DNA of 41,861 nucleotides from a virus. Taxonomy: Duplodnaviria; Caudoviricetes. Numbering within the stretch: the stretch's first letter is position 1; each line of letters starts with the position of its first letter. The translations under genes were made by a program, and so were the position numbers. This document shows positions 8,901-16,153 of this stretch, piece by piece. The DNA is taken from positions 1-41,861 of the IMG/VR virus record IMGVR_UViG_3300032213_001164, one strand, 5' to 3'. A model generated the notes under the pieces. It saw only the letters and a program-made list of their open reading frames with translations, was not told where the DNA came from and made no database searches.

Positions 8901-11120
8901 GTACTTCCTGCCGGTGGTGTAACGGCCAAAGGCTGCGCCGCCTTCAGCCATCTTGACCTCGCCGCCTTCCTTCTTGCGCTCAAGGATGGTCAGGGCATCC
9001 TCTTCGCCAGGGAAGACGACGAAGTTGCTGGTGCCCTTGCCTGCATCCCGGCTGCTCGCATCGAGGTATCTGATGCCTGGGATGCCGTAGCCCCTCAGAG
9101 CCTCGCTGGTGCCTATCTGATAGTTCTCTGGGTCGAACAGTTCAGGGCGATACCCCTCATCGCGCATGATCATGCGGTGCAGGTCTTTGCCGGTGATTTC
9201 GCTGTCGATGCTGCCGGACTCCTTGCGAACCTGATCAACGTACTTCTCCCAGTCAACGTTGTTGGAATAGTCAACCGGGTCACCTCCGGTCATATCTGCC
9301 CACTCATCGGCCTCTTGGCGCAGGCGCATATCGGCGACCTTCTCGGCTTCCCTCTGGCTCATGCCGACCTCGTAGTCAGTGCCCTTGAGCGCCTTGATAA
9401 CCTCGGGCTGCTGGCTCAGAGGCTTGTCCCAATCCAGCATCCTGGCGATCTTCTCGTCAGGGAGGTCTACGGTGTAACGATATCCGGGATCGCTTGCTAT
9501 GAGCTGGTTGTAAAGCGGGTCTTCCATCTCGGAAGCAGAACGTACTGGCCGATATTTTCCCTCTTCTGCAATCTCTGTGAGGATGGGCCTTTGATCTTTG
9601 GCAATTAATCCATTCTTTTTTGCGTAACGCAAGGCAGCAGCTACATTTGGAAATCGCCAATCAGTAATTCCTTGGGTGGCGTCTCTAGTTCTACCAGTTT
9701 GCTTTCCAACTTCGCTGGTTTTAGCAAGCCGCCATTTTCCATCTCCAGCCGGAGAAGGCTCAATGTACACGCCGCGATTTTCCATTACTCGATTACGAGG
9801 GCTTGCCAAAGTTTTTGCATAGTCCTCCGCAACTCCAGGCGCTTCAGCCAAATACAGCCCATGCCCGTAAGCCTGCGCCCCCTCGCCCGTGCCGATCTTG
9901 CTGGCATCGAACTCACCCAATCGGTTCTTCGGCGTCGGGGCAAACTTGTGCGGGGAGCCGTGGTACACGGTCAGCGGGGAGACGGTTTGGCCTGCCGACT
10001 GCACGAAGTCCTGACCAGCACGCCTGATCGCCCTGGGCACGGCCAAAGCGGCCCTGGCGCCCGACAGAGGCCCGGTGTATGCGCCACCGGCCAACTGGCC
10101 TGCCCCGGTGAACAACTGCCCAACGGGCGTCTGGCTCGCCCCACGGAAGGGGAGGCGCTTCTCAATGTCCTCGGATGTCGGCAGGAAGGTCTTGGACTCA
10201 TTGCCGGTGATCAGTTCGTAGGGCAGGCGGGCGAGGGACTCAATGTCCCCAGGCAGGCCCAAGGTGCCCGACACCAGACCACGGGCGACGGCCACCGGGA
10301 TGTTGGCAGCCGCTTCGCGGTCTTGCTGCGACTCCGGGCGGCGGCCAGCACTGCGGTAGCGAGGGGGGACGAACTGATCAAGCGGGTCACCACCAGCAGT
10401 GCGGAAGCGCGGATCAATCGGTTCGCCGCCCTTCTTCATGTGGACTTCGCCGCCCTTGGCCTTGTTCAACTCGGGGCTTCTGGTGTCGTATGTACCCTTG
10501 TTGCCGATGGCCGACTTGACCGCGTTGGGGTTGTAGGACACCACCTCGGCCAATTTTCCGTCGCGGTCGTACTCAATCAGGCCATCGTAGCCTTGAGCCT
10601 GCGCCCTGGTCTGCACTTCCTTGCCGATGTAGCCCTTGCCCTCGTAGGCCCGCTCCACCATACGGGCCGCCTTGGCTGAGTCCATACCGAGAAGCTCAAG
10701 CGCCTCGATCATGGGATCTTTGTACTTGTCCGGCACTCCGGAGCCGCGAAGAATCAACGGGTTTTTGAGTTGGGCGTACACCGGGAGCATACTGCTACCG
10801 ACCTGTTCGGCATACGATCCAGCAAATTTTGGGTCGGGGGTCAAGTAAACGCCGGAGCCGAGCGCACCTTCCTTGCTGGGCTTGAAGCGACGGATGGACT
10901 CAGTGCCTTTGCCGCCCTCAGAAGCGGTCGTGCCGTGGTACAGGCGCATCGGCGTCTTGCTCTCGGCCAGGAACTTCGCCTTGTTGGCCTCGCGCTCTGC
11001 TGCCGGCAGGGTCTCCTGGGTGCCCTTGAGTCGCTTGGCCAGCTTGGCAATGCCGCCACCAGCGTACTGGCGCTCCTTGGCCATCGCCGTCAGTTTCGCA
11101 ATCGCCCCGGTTTTAGCCAT
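5943..11120 (-). CDS. Large multidomain (polyvalent-type) protein with two ADP-ribosyltransferase-like domains and a PcfJ-like domain; probably virion-packaged
   Basis: 1725 aa. ART-like 1: LYHGT...GVYLT...GYDGL...EVVSY. ART-like 2: VYHGS...GHGLYLAE...GIPGIRY...NFVVF. PcfJ-like: EGDTMGHCVGGY...VYSLRD...PHVTVEV...QIKGKGN. Confidence 0.7.
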   Translation of the reverse strand: MAKTGAIAKLTAMAKERQYAGGGIAKLAKRLKGTQETLPAAEREANKAKFLAESKTPMRLYHGTTASEGGKGTESIRRFKPSKEGALGSGVYLTPDPKFAGSYAEQVGSSMLPVYAQLKNPLILRGSGVPDKYKDPMIEALELLGMDSAKAARMVERAYEGKGYIGKEVQTRAQAQGYDGLIEYDRDGKLAEVVSYNPNAVKSAIGNKGTYDTRSPELNKAKGGEVHMKKGGEPIDPRFRTAGGDPLDQFVPPRYRSAGRRPESQQDREAAANIPVAVARGLVSGTLGLPGDIESLARLPYELITGNESKTFLPTSEDIEKRLPFRGASQTPVGQLFTGAGQLAGGAYTGPLSGARAALAVPRAIRRAGQDFVQSAGQTVSPLTVYHGSPHKFAPTPKNRLGEFDASKIGTGEGAQAYGHGLYLAEAPGVAEDYAKTLASPRNRVMENRGVYIEPSPAGDGKWRLAKTSEVGKQTGRTRDATQGITDWRFPNVAAALRYAKKNGLIAKDQRPILTEIAEEGKYRPVRSASEMEDPLYNQLIASDPGYRYTVDLPDEKIARMLDWDKPLSQQPEVIKALKGTDYEVGMSQREAEKVADMRLRQEADEWADMTGGDPVDYSNNVDWEKYVDQVRKESGSIDSEITGKDLHRMIMRDEGYRPELFDPENYQIGTSEALRGYGIPGIRYLDASSRDAGKGTSNFVVFPGEEDALTILERKKEGGEVKMAEGGAAFGRYTTGRKYQKAVKQAKEADVNKLPDPRTYAAVMGLLGSAPDQLGFSVMHPDYKGIQKAGERGFVGGTVLGVAPAVAPLTRGLPVGAAIKPVGGNWLTGSVERALDPLKTRTIAGETPAQRIPRHEALLSDPSLNKDQIDRVLYQLGETKKEAAIDQWIDRNLTNYVKKQMATPDDPVRKLAEEGVVHIPSEQVGINRYRAPDVRDRLGTEQLGKSEAAQAWEDAADTAIAGQTAGKRKELAREGVYSHLYEPWMDKLDSKERVWAPMEGKLSEGMGFDHIIDVLKQDLDAGRIRPEQLNKVSMEQAVRRTYEFDQEVAKKMREAQIKATEGMPVYREYPEGYRWVELTQPKELPAGMKETVDKRYLRNEAGELVEDPRYKALKDALRYEGDTMGHCVGGYCPDVLAGRKRVYSLRDAKGEPHVTVEVRPGRQWNERSGIFYDNPELEPSWAQFSKQVAEESRAKGVDRPKNYILQYPEWLKKNDPETFSKYQSIFETEPESIFQIKGKGNRAPNEQYLPFVQDFVRSGNWSGVGDIRNTGLRPTSDAFNETEQAFLRSKGVELKPYINPEETARYQELFKRSSDASPEAGMKAGGAVGCGCNDEPKMAGGGTINTLRALLRAPAKSKGEIEEVARRIAPQVTGEFVRGPKGTASVAEKTQKQFAREKDLPVEFTDVKKAPPKKIISPQELKGKVVTGIPGDPTVTGKSLVRVGEIKLELPSPQHGGPLYGMGRNDDIFWASGIGPAGGVQRVAKEASQAYDAPVIGQYIMMGPDSINYAQHFADANLQAIDLSKMSKKQIEGFNKMIRFGDDKSGPRPGFPGIEDKVDSYLHFSMDPHLRRHFNKLMQMPTVTERFNLPSGQDIRYAITEAPLRNVETGVTGYSMGELAPDVPKSMLPLSTHPTYSHDIPGRFIGGLKYPTPYELTFPDTLMSVRANPKQAGQEFGSLKMVGPRQIYDQQMIDELMMFEEAMKKYTGKKKGGKVGPLSAVEKV

Positions 11121-11325
11121 GCTCGGACCCCTTCACAGTGCCGACATCATAAACGTCGGGGCTTGTCAAGTCCACCCTCGACTCAAGCCAGTGCTCAACC
11201 GCAGCGTGTGCCCACTTCTCAATCGTCTCCGACCGCATGCCCGGATCAACCAGCAACTCGAGCCGGTTCTCGCACTGGCTCACCCTGGCGAACTTCACGC
11301 CCTTGGTCGCAGACACGTTGATCAT
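11113..11325 (-). CDS. Hypothetical protein
   Basis: 70 aa from MINVSATKG; its start overlaps the upstream stop (ATGA coupling). Confidence 0.5.
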   Translation of the reverse strand: MINVSATKGVKFARVSQCENRLELLVDPGMRSETIEKWAHAAVEHWLESRVDLTSPDVYDVGTVKGSEHG

Positions 11326-11525
11326 TGGACATCCTTCCTGTGCTTGCAGCCCTGGCACCGCTCGTCGGCCTGCCCCAGGTCGGTTAGTGTGTACTGACAA
11401 TCCTCGGCCATCTTGAACGGAACGATGGTCAGCTTCGGTATGCGCTGCACCCCATCGACCCACCAGCCGTCCTGGGCAAAGTGGCTGCGCTTGAACGCCG
11501 GGCGGTTGTGGCAGCCGTAGGTCAT
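11322..11525 (-). CDS. Small Cys-rich hypothetical protein
   Basis: 67 aa, MTYGCHNR...CQY...CQGC, translationally coupled to neighbours. Confidence 0.55.
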   Translation of the reverse strand: MTYGCHNRPAFKRSHFAQDGWWVDGVQRIPKLTIVPFKMAEDCQYTLTDLGQADERCQGCKHRKDVQ

Positions 11526-11713
11526 GAAGGCTTCCTCGCGCCGCTCTCGAACGCCTCCCGGCCATCGGCGCTGTGGTGCGTGGCCACCCAATGCTCGTGG
11601 TCGAGGTACGGCTCGCACCAGCAATCGGACGAAAGCTCATGCTCGTGCGTATCGTCAATCGGCAAGACGTGAGTCACCAGACCGCCCGAGTCAGTCACGC
11701 CGGTGATTGACAT
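11522..11713 (-). CDS. Small His/Cys-rich hypothetical protein
   Basis: 63 aa, HVLPIDDTHEHELSSDCWCEP...HHSADGRE; possible metal binding. Confidence 0.55.
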   Translation of the reverse strand: MSITGVTDSGGLVTHVLPIDDTHEHELSSDCWCEPYLDHEHWVATHHSADGREAFESGARKPS

Positions 11714-11723
11714 CCATGACGCT

Positions 11724-13142
11724 TCAGACTGCATACGGGTTAACCCTACGCTGCCTGCCGGTGTCGGCGTAGTCCTCGTCGTCCCAGTCATCCCGAGGCG
11801 GCGGGTCGATTTCAAGCCAGCCGGCATCCCGCAGATACCGCAGGGCCTGGGTGCAGGCGTCCACGAAGTCGTCGTGGGTAGTCTCAGGGAACGAGCAGAT
11901 CTGACTGACGAACCCCTCGGCCCAGTCCTTGACGTAGCCTTTCCTGGCGTCCGACTCCGGTATCCAGACCCGGCCACGGGCGATGATGTTGGACACGATA
12001 TTCAGGCGCTGCATCTTGTCGGCGTTGCCTGGGTTGTAGGCGCGGACGGGCAAGTGCGCTCGCTGGAGGTCTTGGATCAGACTGATGCCGGCGCTCTTGT
12101 CCTCGATCAGCAGCAGATCCACCCGCTTGCGATCCTTGCCCTCGCCGAAGATCGTCTCGTACTCCTCGATCACCTTGGGCCGCAGGTCGGGGTACTGCAT
12201 GCGCTCCTGCCAGCAGTCGATCACCATCACCGACATCGGGCCGTCCAGAGGCTTGAACATGCCGAACGTGATGCATGCGGTCGGGTCGTTCTTAACCTTC
12301 TCGGACGTGGCCACATCGTAGCTCTGGAGGATGTACTCGAACCTGGGGAACTCACGCCCGGCAGGCCAGAGCTTGAACATGCCCCGGTTGACGATGCCGC
12401 CTTCCTCCGGGTCGATGATCTCGGCGTAGATCTCCTGGCGGCCCAGGGTCGTGCCCTCGTACTGAAGGATCTGCTTCCTGAAGTTGTCCGACAGGTTCGC
12501 AAGGTTGGCGTAGGTCGAGGCGGTCGTCAGGACAACGTCATCGCCCTCCCGGCCCACCAACTCGACGATCAGATCCTTCGGCTTAGGCGTGGTGGTGCAG
12601 ATGATCTTGGTGTGGGTGCCCAGGCGGACGCCGAACTGAATCTGGTCCCAGGCCTCTTGGAGATAGTCCCAGGCCGCCAATTCATCGCACCACGCCCCGT
12701 GGAACTGCGGCCCCCGGAACCGCTCGGGTTCCGATGCGGGGATGCCCTTGATCAGGCTGCCGTTGATCAGCTTGAGTTCGTGGAGGGCCTTGTTGTAGTC
12801 GGCGATCAAGGCCGACGGGATCACTGTCAGCAGGCCGGAGTCGCCCTCGAAGCAGGTGGAGCGGACATCGCTCGAAGTCGGAGCCGCCACCAGCCAGCGG
12901 GTGCCTGGGTTCTCCCAAGCCCACCAGCCGATCTGCTCTGCCGCTGTTCGGGTTTTCCCTGCCCCACGGCCGGCGAGCATCAGCCAGATCGACCACCAAT
13001 CCCCAGGGGGCAGCACCTGATGCTTGTGCTGGGCCTGGAACCACGACAGGCGCCATGCCCAGGCAAGCCTGACCTCGGGCTTGACCGCCTTGAGACTCGC
13101 CTGCACCTCTGGGTCGGCGAGGATCTCGGCCACGTCAGTCAT
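11724..13142 (-). CDS. terL: Terminase large subunit
   Basis: Walker A AGRGAGKT, Walker B AWCDE, TTTP coupling motif, RNase H-like nuclease residues (SYDVA, IEDK, HDDFVDA). Confidence 0.95.
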   Translation of the reverse strand: MTDVAEILADPEVQASLKAVKPEVRLAWAWRLSWFQAQHKHQVLPPGDWWSIWLMLAGRGAGKTRTAAEQIGWWAWENPGTRWLVAAPTSSDVRSTCFEGDSGLLTVIPSALIADYNKALHELKLINGSLIKGIPASEPERFRGPQFHGAWCDELAAWDYLQEAWDQIQFGVRLGTHTKIICTTTPKPKDLIVELVGREGDDVVLTTASTYANLANLSDNFRKQILQYEGTTLGRQEIYAEIIDPEEGGIVNRGMFKLWPAGREFPRFEYILQSYDVATSEKVKNDPTACITFGMFKPLDGPMSVMVIDCWQERMQYPDLRPKVIEEYETIFGEGKDRKRVDLLLIEDKSAGISLIQDLQRAHLPVRAYNPGNADKMQRLNIVSNIIARGRVWIPESDARKGYVKDWAEGFVSQICSFPETTHDDFVDACTQALRYLRDAGWLEIDPPPRDDWDDEDYADTGRQRRVNPYAV

Positions 13143-13752
13143 CAGCCTGCTTCTTCAACTCGACGTTCTTCAGCACCGCCGAGAGCAGGTTCTCTGCCTG
13201 CACCTCCGCCTCGATCTTGACCGGATTGTCTGCATCCCCGGCCAGGGCCACCCGCTCCCCGTACTTCTTGGGCTTGAGCTTCATGGCCGTCCACTTCCGG
13301 GCGTCGATACGGTTCTTCTGCCATTGCAGGAAGGCGTTATCCAGCTTGTGCTCGATCAACGCCCCGGTCTTCTTGTCCACCACCGCGATGATCTCGGGCT
13401 GCTCGTCGGCGATGGCGATGATCTCGTCAGCCAGGGTGTCGGCCTGTTCCTCCCGTGCGCGAGTGTACTGGTCAGCAAAATCGGGCTTCTTCAGCAACCA
13501 CTCGTAAATCGTAGCCCGCTCCGGCATCCCTTCCGTCTTTACGATCTCCCTGAGACTCTCCCCTTCTGCTATCCGTAAGCAGATGAGGTTTGCCATCTGT
13601 TGGGTGAACATCGTTGGCCTGCCCAACTTCTTCTTTGTGGGCTCCTGGGCGTTTTGCGGCGCGATGGCTATCTCACCCTTGGTTTCGGGCTTTGAAGCCT
13701 CCTGGGGCTGTTTTGGCGCCTTCCTGGCACCCTTCTTGGCGGTTTCTGGCAT
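13135..13752 (-). CDS. terS: Terminase small subunit
   Basis: GRPT...ICLRIAEGESLREI...TIYEWL HTH and RIDARKW...KLKPKKYG, directly upstream of terL. Confidence 0.9.
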   Translation of the reverse strand: MPETAKKGARKAPKQPQEASKPETKGEIAIAPQNAQEPTKKKLGRPTMFTQQMANLICLRIAEGESLREIVKTEGMPERATIYEWLLKKPDFADQYTRAREEQADTLADEIIAIADEQPEIIAVVDKKTGALIEHKLDNAFLQWQKNRIDARKWTAMKLKPKKYGERVALAGDADNPVKIEAEVQAENLLSAVLKNVELKKQADD

Positions 13753-13850
13753 GACCCGTATTCCTCGCTCAGTTGTTGGGGCCTACTTGCGGTCTCTGCG
13801 GTTCTGATTACTGTCGATACCCCGCATCATCCGCTTTCGGCTTTTCGGCT

Positions 13851-14066
13851 TCAAGACGCGGCAGACTCAATCAACTCCACTTGCTCAGGGGCGCGGTACT
13901 GCTCGATCTTCATGCCGGCCGTCAGAGCCTGGACGAGATCGTCCTGAGACGCAACCCGGATGTTGAACGTGCTGTTTGCGACGTGACTCAGCGCCTGCTG
14001 ACGCATGCCAGCTTTGACCAATCGAGCCCCCTGCGGGCCGTGGACGATGTAAATGCGATCTGCCAT
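13851..14066 (-). CDS. Hypothetical protein
   Basis: MADRIYIVHGPQGARLVKA...; ATG at 14066 with GGAGAG RBS. Confidence 0.6.
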   Translation of the reverse strand: MADRIYIVHGPQGARLVKAGMRQQALSHVANSTFNIRVASQDDLVQALTAGMKIEQYRAPEQVELIESAAS

Positions 14067-14110
14067 TTTGGCTCTCCATATTGATTTATGTACCCGCCAC
14101 ATTGACGGTC

Positions 14111-14127
14111 GAAACCGATTCGGTTTC
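14111..14127. promoter_or_regulatory. Palindromic site GAAACCGA-T-TCGGTTTC (copy of the AACCGATTCGGTT motif)
   Basis: The exact 13-mer also occurs at 24661-24673 and 25108-25120. Confidence 0.5.
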
Positions 14128-14160
14128 TCTTCGCTTTCGGTTCGCTGTTGATCCGCTTTG

Positions 14161-14240
14161 TGGCGTTGGTGGCTGGTTATGAGTCCAGCATCTACTGCGT
14201 CAATTCGCAGTCGTTTTCCACACTTCTAAACTACACCAAC
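14161..14240 (-). ncRNA. Degenerate tRNA-like cloverleaf A with encoded 3' G-CCA
   Basis: GTTGGTG TA GTTT-AGAAGTGTGGA-AAAC G ACTGCG-AATTGA-CGCAGT AGAT GCTGG-ACTCATAA-CCAGC CACCAAC G CCA. Four intact stems, but non-canonical anticodon and T loops. Confidence 0.65.
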
Positions 14241-14393
14241 ACGGCTGGGGACTCGTCGTGCGTCCTTCGATTGAGCGGCGACACCGGCCGCATCCCCATG
14301 CGTGTTAGCTGTTGGCGAGAGGATTCGCACCTCCGACATCCCCGACCCAGCAGGGCGCTCTCCTTCTGAGCTACACCAACACGGCTGGGGACT
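14231..14393. repeat. 23-nt exact direct repeat CTACACCAACACGGCTGGGGACT, two copies (14231-14253, 14371-14393)
   Basis: Read directly from the sequence; period 140 nt. Confidence 0.95.
14311..14380 (-). ncRNA. Degenerate tRNA-like cloverleaf B
   Basis: GTTGGTG TA GCTC-AGAAGGA-GAGC G CCCTG-CTGGGT-CGGGG ATGTC GGAGG-TGCGAAT-CCTCT CGCCAAC. 6-nt anticodon loop, TGC instead of TTC in the T loop, no encoded CCA. Confidence 0.7.
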
Positions 14394-14469
14394 GAAGCAC
14401 AAGATGCGGGTATCCCCCTGTGCCTCGCTCAACGATCAATCCCCATGCGTCTTGGTGCGGACTACTACC

Positions 14470-14694
14470 CTACTCGCGCTTTCGCTTTTGGAGCTTCGCC
14501 CGCGTTGCCATTTTACCCTTTTGCGGCTTTTTCTGAAAGTAAAAATTTTGCACATCCTCACCCATCCACTTTGCGAATTTACTCAGGTCTTCGGGGTCAA
14601 TGACGTACCAAGTCCTCCTGGCCACATCCCATTGGGCACCAAGCAGTTTCGCGGAATCTTTTTCGTCGAACGGAATCTGAAGATCAACTCGCAT
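14470..14694 (-). CDS. DUF5710-like small protein
   Basis: LQIPFDEKDSAKLLGAQWD...WYV pattern with a basic tail. Confidence 0.6.
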   Translation of the reverse strand: MRVDLQIPFDEKDSAKLLGAQWDVARRTWYVIDPEDLSKFAKWMGEDVQNFYFQKKPQKGKMATRAKLQKRKRE

Positions 14695-14988
14695 GGTCTT
14701 TTGGCATAGCTGCTCCGGGTGACCCTCTGCTGGTTCACTCTCCATCTATGGGGTTCATCTGCCCATCCATAAACCAAGTGCGCTTGACGGGTTGATTCAT
14801 CGGGATGATTGCTCAGGAGCCTGTCACATTCAATCATGCCTGCGCCAATCCCTCAACCAAGGCTGGCACGGGTCGGTTGGTCTTTCCGATCCGGTTTGCA
14901 CACTTGACCCTTTTCTTCCGCGCAGCCGGAAAGGCATATGCGCCCAATTGGCTCTTTCTTTCGTGCGGAGTACGGCTGCGTCGAAAAC

Positions 14989-15058
14989 AAAAAAGCCGTT
15001 ACTGCTGCACTGGGTCGAAACCCCCGTGTTACCGGAGGCCAGTGCATGAGTAACGGCT
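14989..15058 (-). terminator. Branched hairpin with U-tract (attenuator / small RNA)
   Basis: AGCCGTTACT-CAT-GCACTGG-[CCTCCG GTAACA CGGGGG TTTCGAC]-CCAGTGC-AGC-AGTAACGGCT followed by TTTTT. Confidence 0.7.
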
Positions 15059-15091
15059 CTCAATCTGTTGCTTTCGACGACAACGGAGCGG

Positions 15092-15119
15092 AGTATACGC
15101 CCGACACAACGAATGTCAA
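15092..15119 (-). promoter_or_regulatory. Sigma70-type promoter
   Basis: TTGACA (15119-15114), 16-nt spacer, TATACT (15097-15092). Confidence 0.7.
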
Positions 15120-16153
15120 CAGGTGCTACGAAGTATTTTTATAACCGATTCGCTTTCGATTGGGTTTTGATTCGGTTGATTGAACAGGTTCATCTCGGCG
15201 CTGATGCGCTCCTGCTGCAACGGGCCGTAGTCCGGGTTCAGTTCGCAACCCAGGTATTGCCTGTCGTGCTGGAGGGCTACCGCTGCCGTGGTGCCGCTTC
15301 CTATGAAGGGGTCGAGCACGATGTCGCCAGGACGGCTTCCGGCCAGGATGCAAGGCTCGATCAGGGCCGTTGGGAATGTGGCGAAGTGAGCGCCCTTGTA
15401 AGGCCGGGTGGCGACTGTCCAGACGCTGCGGCGGTTGCGGCCACTCGCAGTCGGATCGCCAAGCACTCCCATATTTCCTCCTGCTGTGAACGAGTGCGCA
15501 CCCCGGTTATTGCTCGTCTGCCCGTCCTGCTTTCGGTACTCCCAGCTTTGCGCTGACTGCTTCACACGGTCGTCTGCAAACGGCTCACGCACGGCATCAG
15601 CGTCATAAAAATACCGCTCCGACTTCGACAGCAGGAAGATGTACTCATGCGCCTTGGTGCAGCGGTCACGCACCGACTCAGGCATGGGGTTGGGCTTGTG
15701 CCAGATGATGTCCTGGCGCAGATACCAGCCATCGGCGCGAAGGGCGAAGGCCAGCATCCAGGGGATGCCGATCAGGTCTTTGGGCTTGCAGCCGCTTGGC
15801 ACTTTGGTGCCGCTTGTTGCCCCCCGCCATCGCCCTTCGGTTTTTGCTCCTACGCTTGGCTTTCCTAGTTCCTCCATCCTTGCCTCCCCGCGCCCGCCTT
15901 GCGTTGCATAACTGTCCCCGATGTTCAGCCACAGAGTCCCATCGTCAGCCAACACATCGCGCACACATCGGAACACCTCGACCATTGCCGTGATGTACTC
16001 CTCTGGCGTCTGCTCAAGGCCGATCTGCCCCTCATGGCCGTAGTCCCGCAGGCCGAAGTAAGGTGGGCTGGTGACGCACATCTGCGCCTTCACGCCCTCA
16101 CCTGCCCAGCGCCGCATCGTGTCGCGACAGTCACCAAATTCAATTTTGTTCAT
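15116..16153 (-). CDS. DNA methyltransferase, N4-C/N6-A, beta class
   Basis: Catalytic VTSPPY precedes the SAM-binding [10 protein letters not shown]; also [12 protein letters not shown] and HFATFP. Start MNKIEFGDC. Confidence 0.9.
   Translation of the reverse strand: MNKIEFGDCRDTMRRWAGEGVKAQMCVTSPPYFGLRDYGHEGQIGLEQTPEEYITAMVEVFRCVRDVLADDGTLWLNIGDSYATQGGRGEARMEELGKPSVGAKTEGRWRGATSGTKVPSGCKPKDLIGIPWMLAFALRADGWYLRQDIIWHKPNPMPESVRDRCTKAHEYIFLLSKSERYFYDADAVREPFADDRVKQSAQSWEYRKQDGQTSNNRGAHSFTAGGNMGVLGDPTASGRNRRSVWTVATRPYKGAHFATFPTALIEPCILAGSRPGDIVLDPFIGSGTTAAVALQHDRQYLGCELNPDYGPLQQERISAEMNLFNQPNQNPIESESVIKILRSTC

Noticed and set aside
3630-13578. Long plus-strand ORFs (e.g. 3630-4805, 5028-6242, 8553-9608, 11703-13220)
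   Set aside because: Antisense shadows of GC-rich minus-strand genes with clear motifs; no recognisable domains of their own.
14311-14380. Functional tRNA-Pro(GGG)
   Set aside because: The anticodon loop is 6 nt and the T loop reads TGCGAAT, so it is kept only as tRNA-like.
14231-14393. 23-nt repeat read as a mini CRISPR array
   Set aside because: Only two copies, a 117-nt structured interval and no cas genes; better explained as hairpin/tRNA-mimic junctions.
14148-15144. Short overlapping ORFs across the 14.1-15.1 kb region other than 14470-14694
   Set aside because: No convincing RBS or protein motifs; the region is better explained by RNA structure.
15116-16153. Restriction-modification system
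   Set aside because: No adjacent endonuclease; orphan methyltransferases are common in phages.
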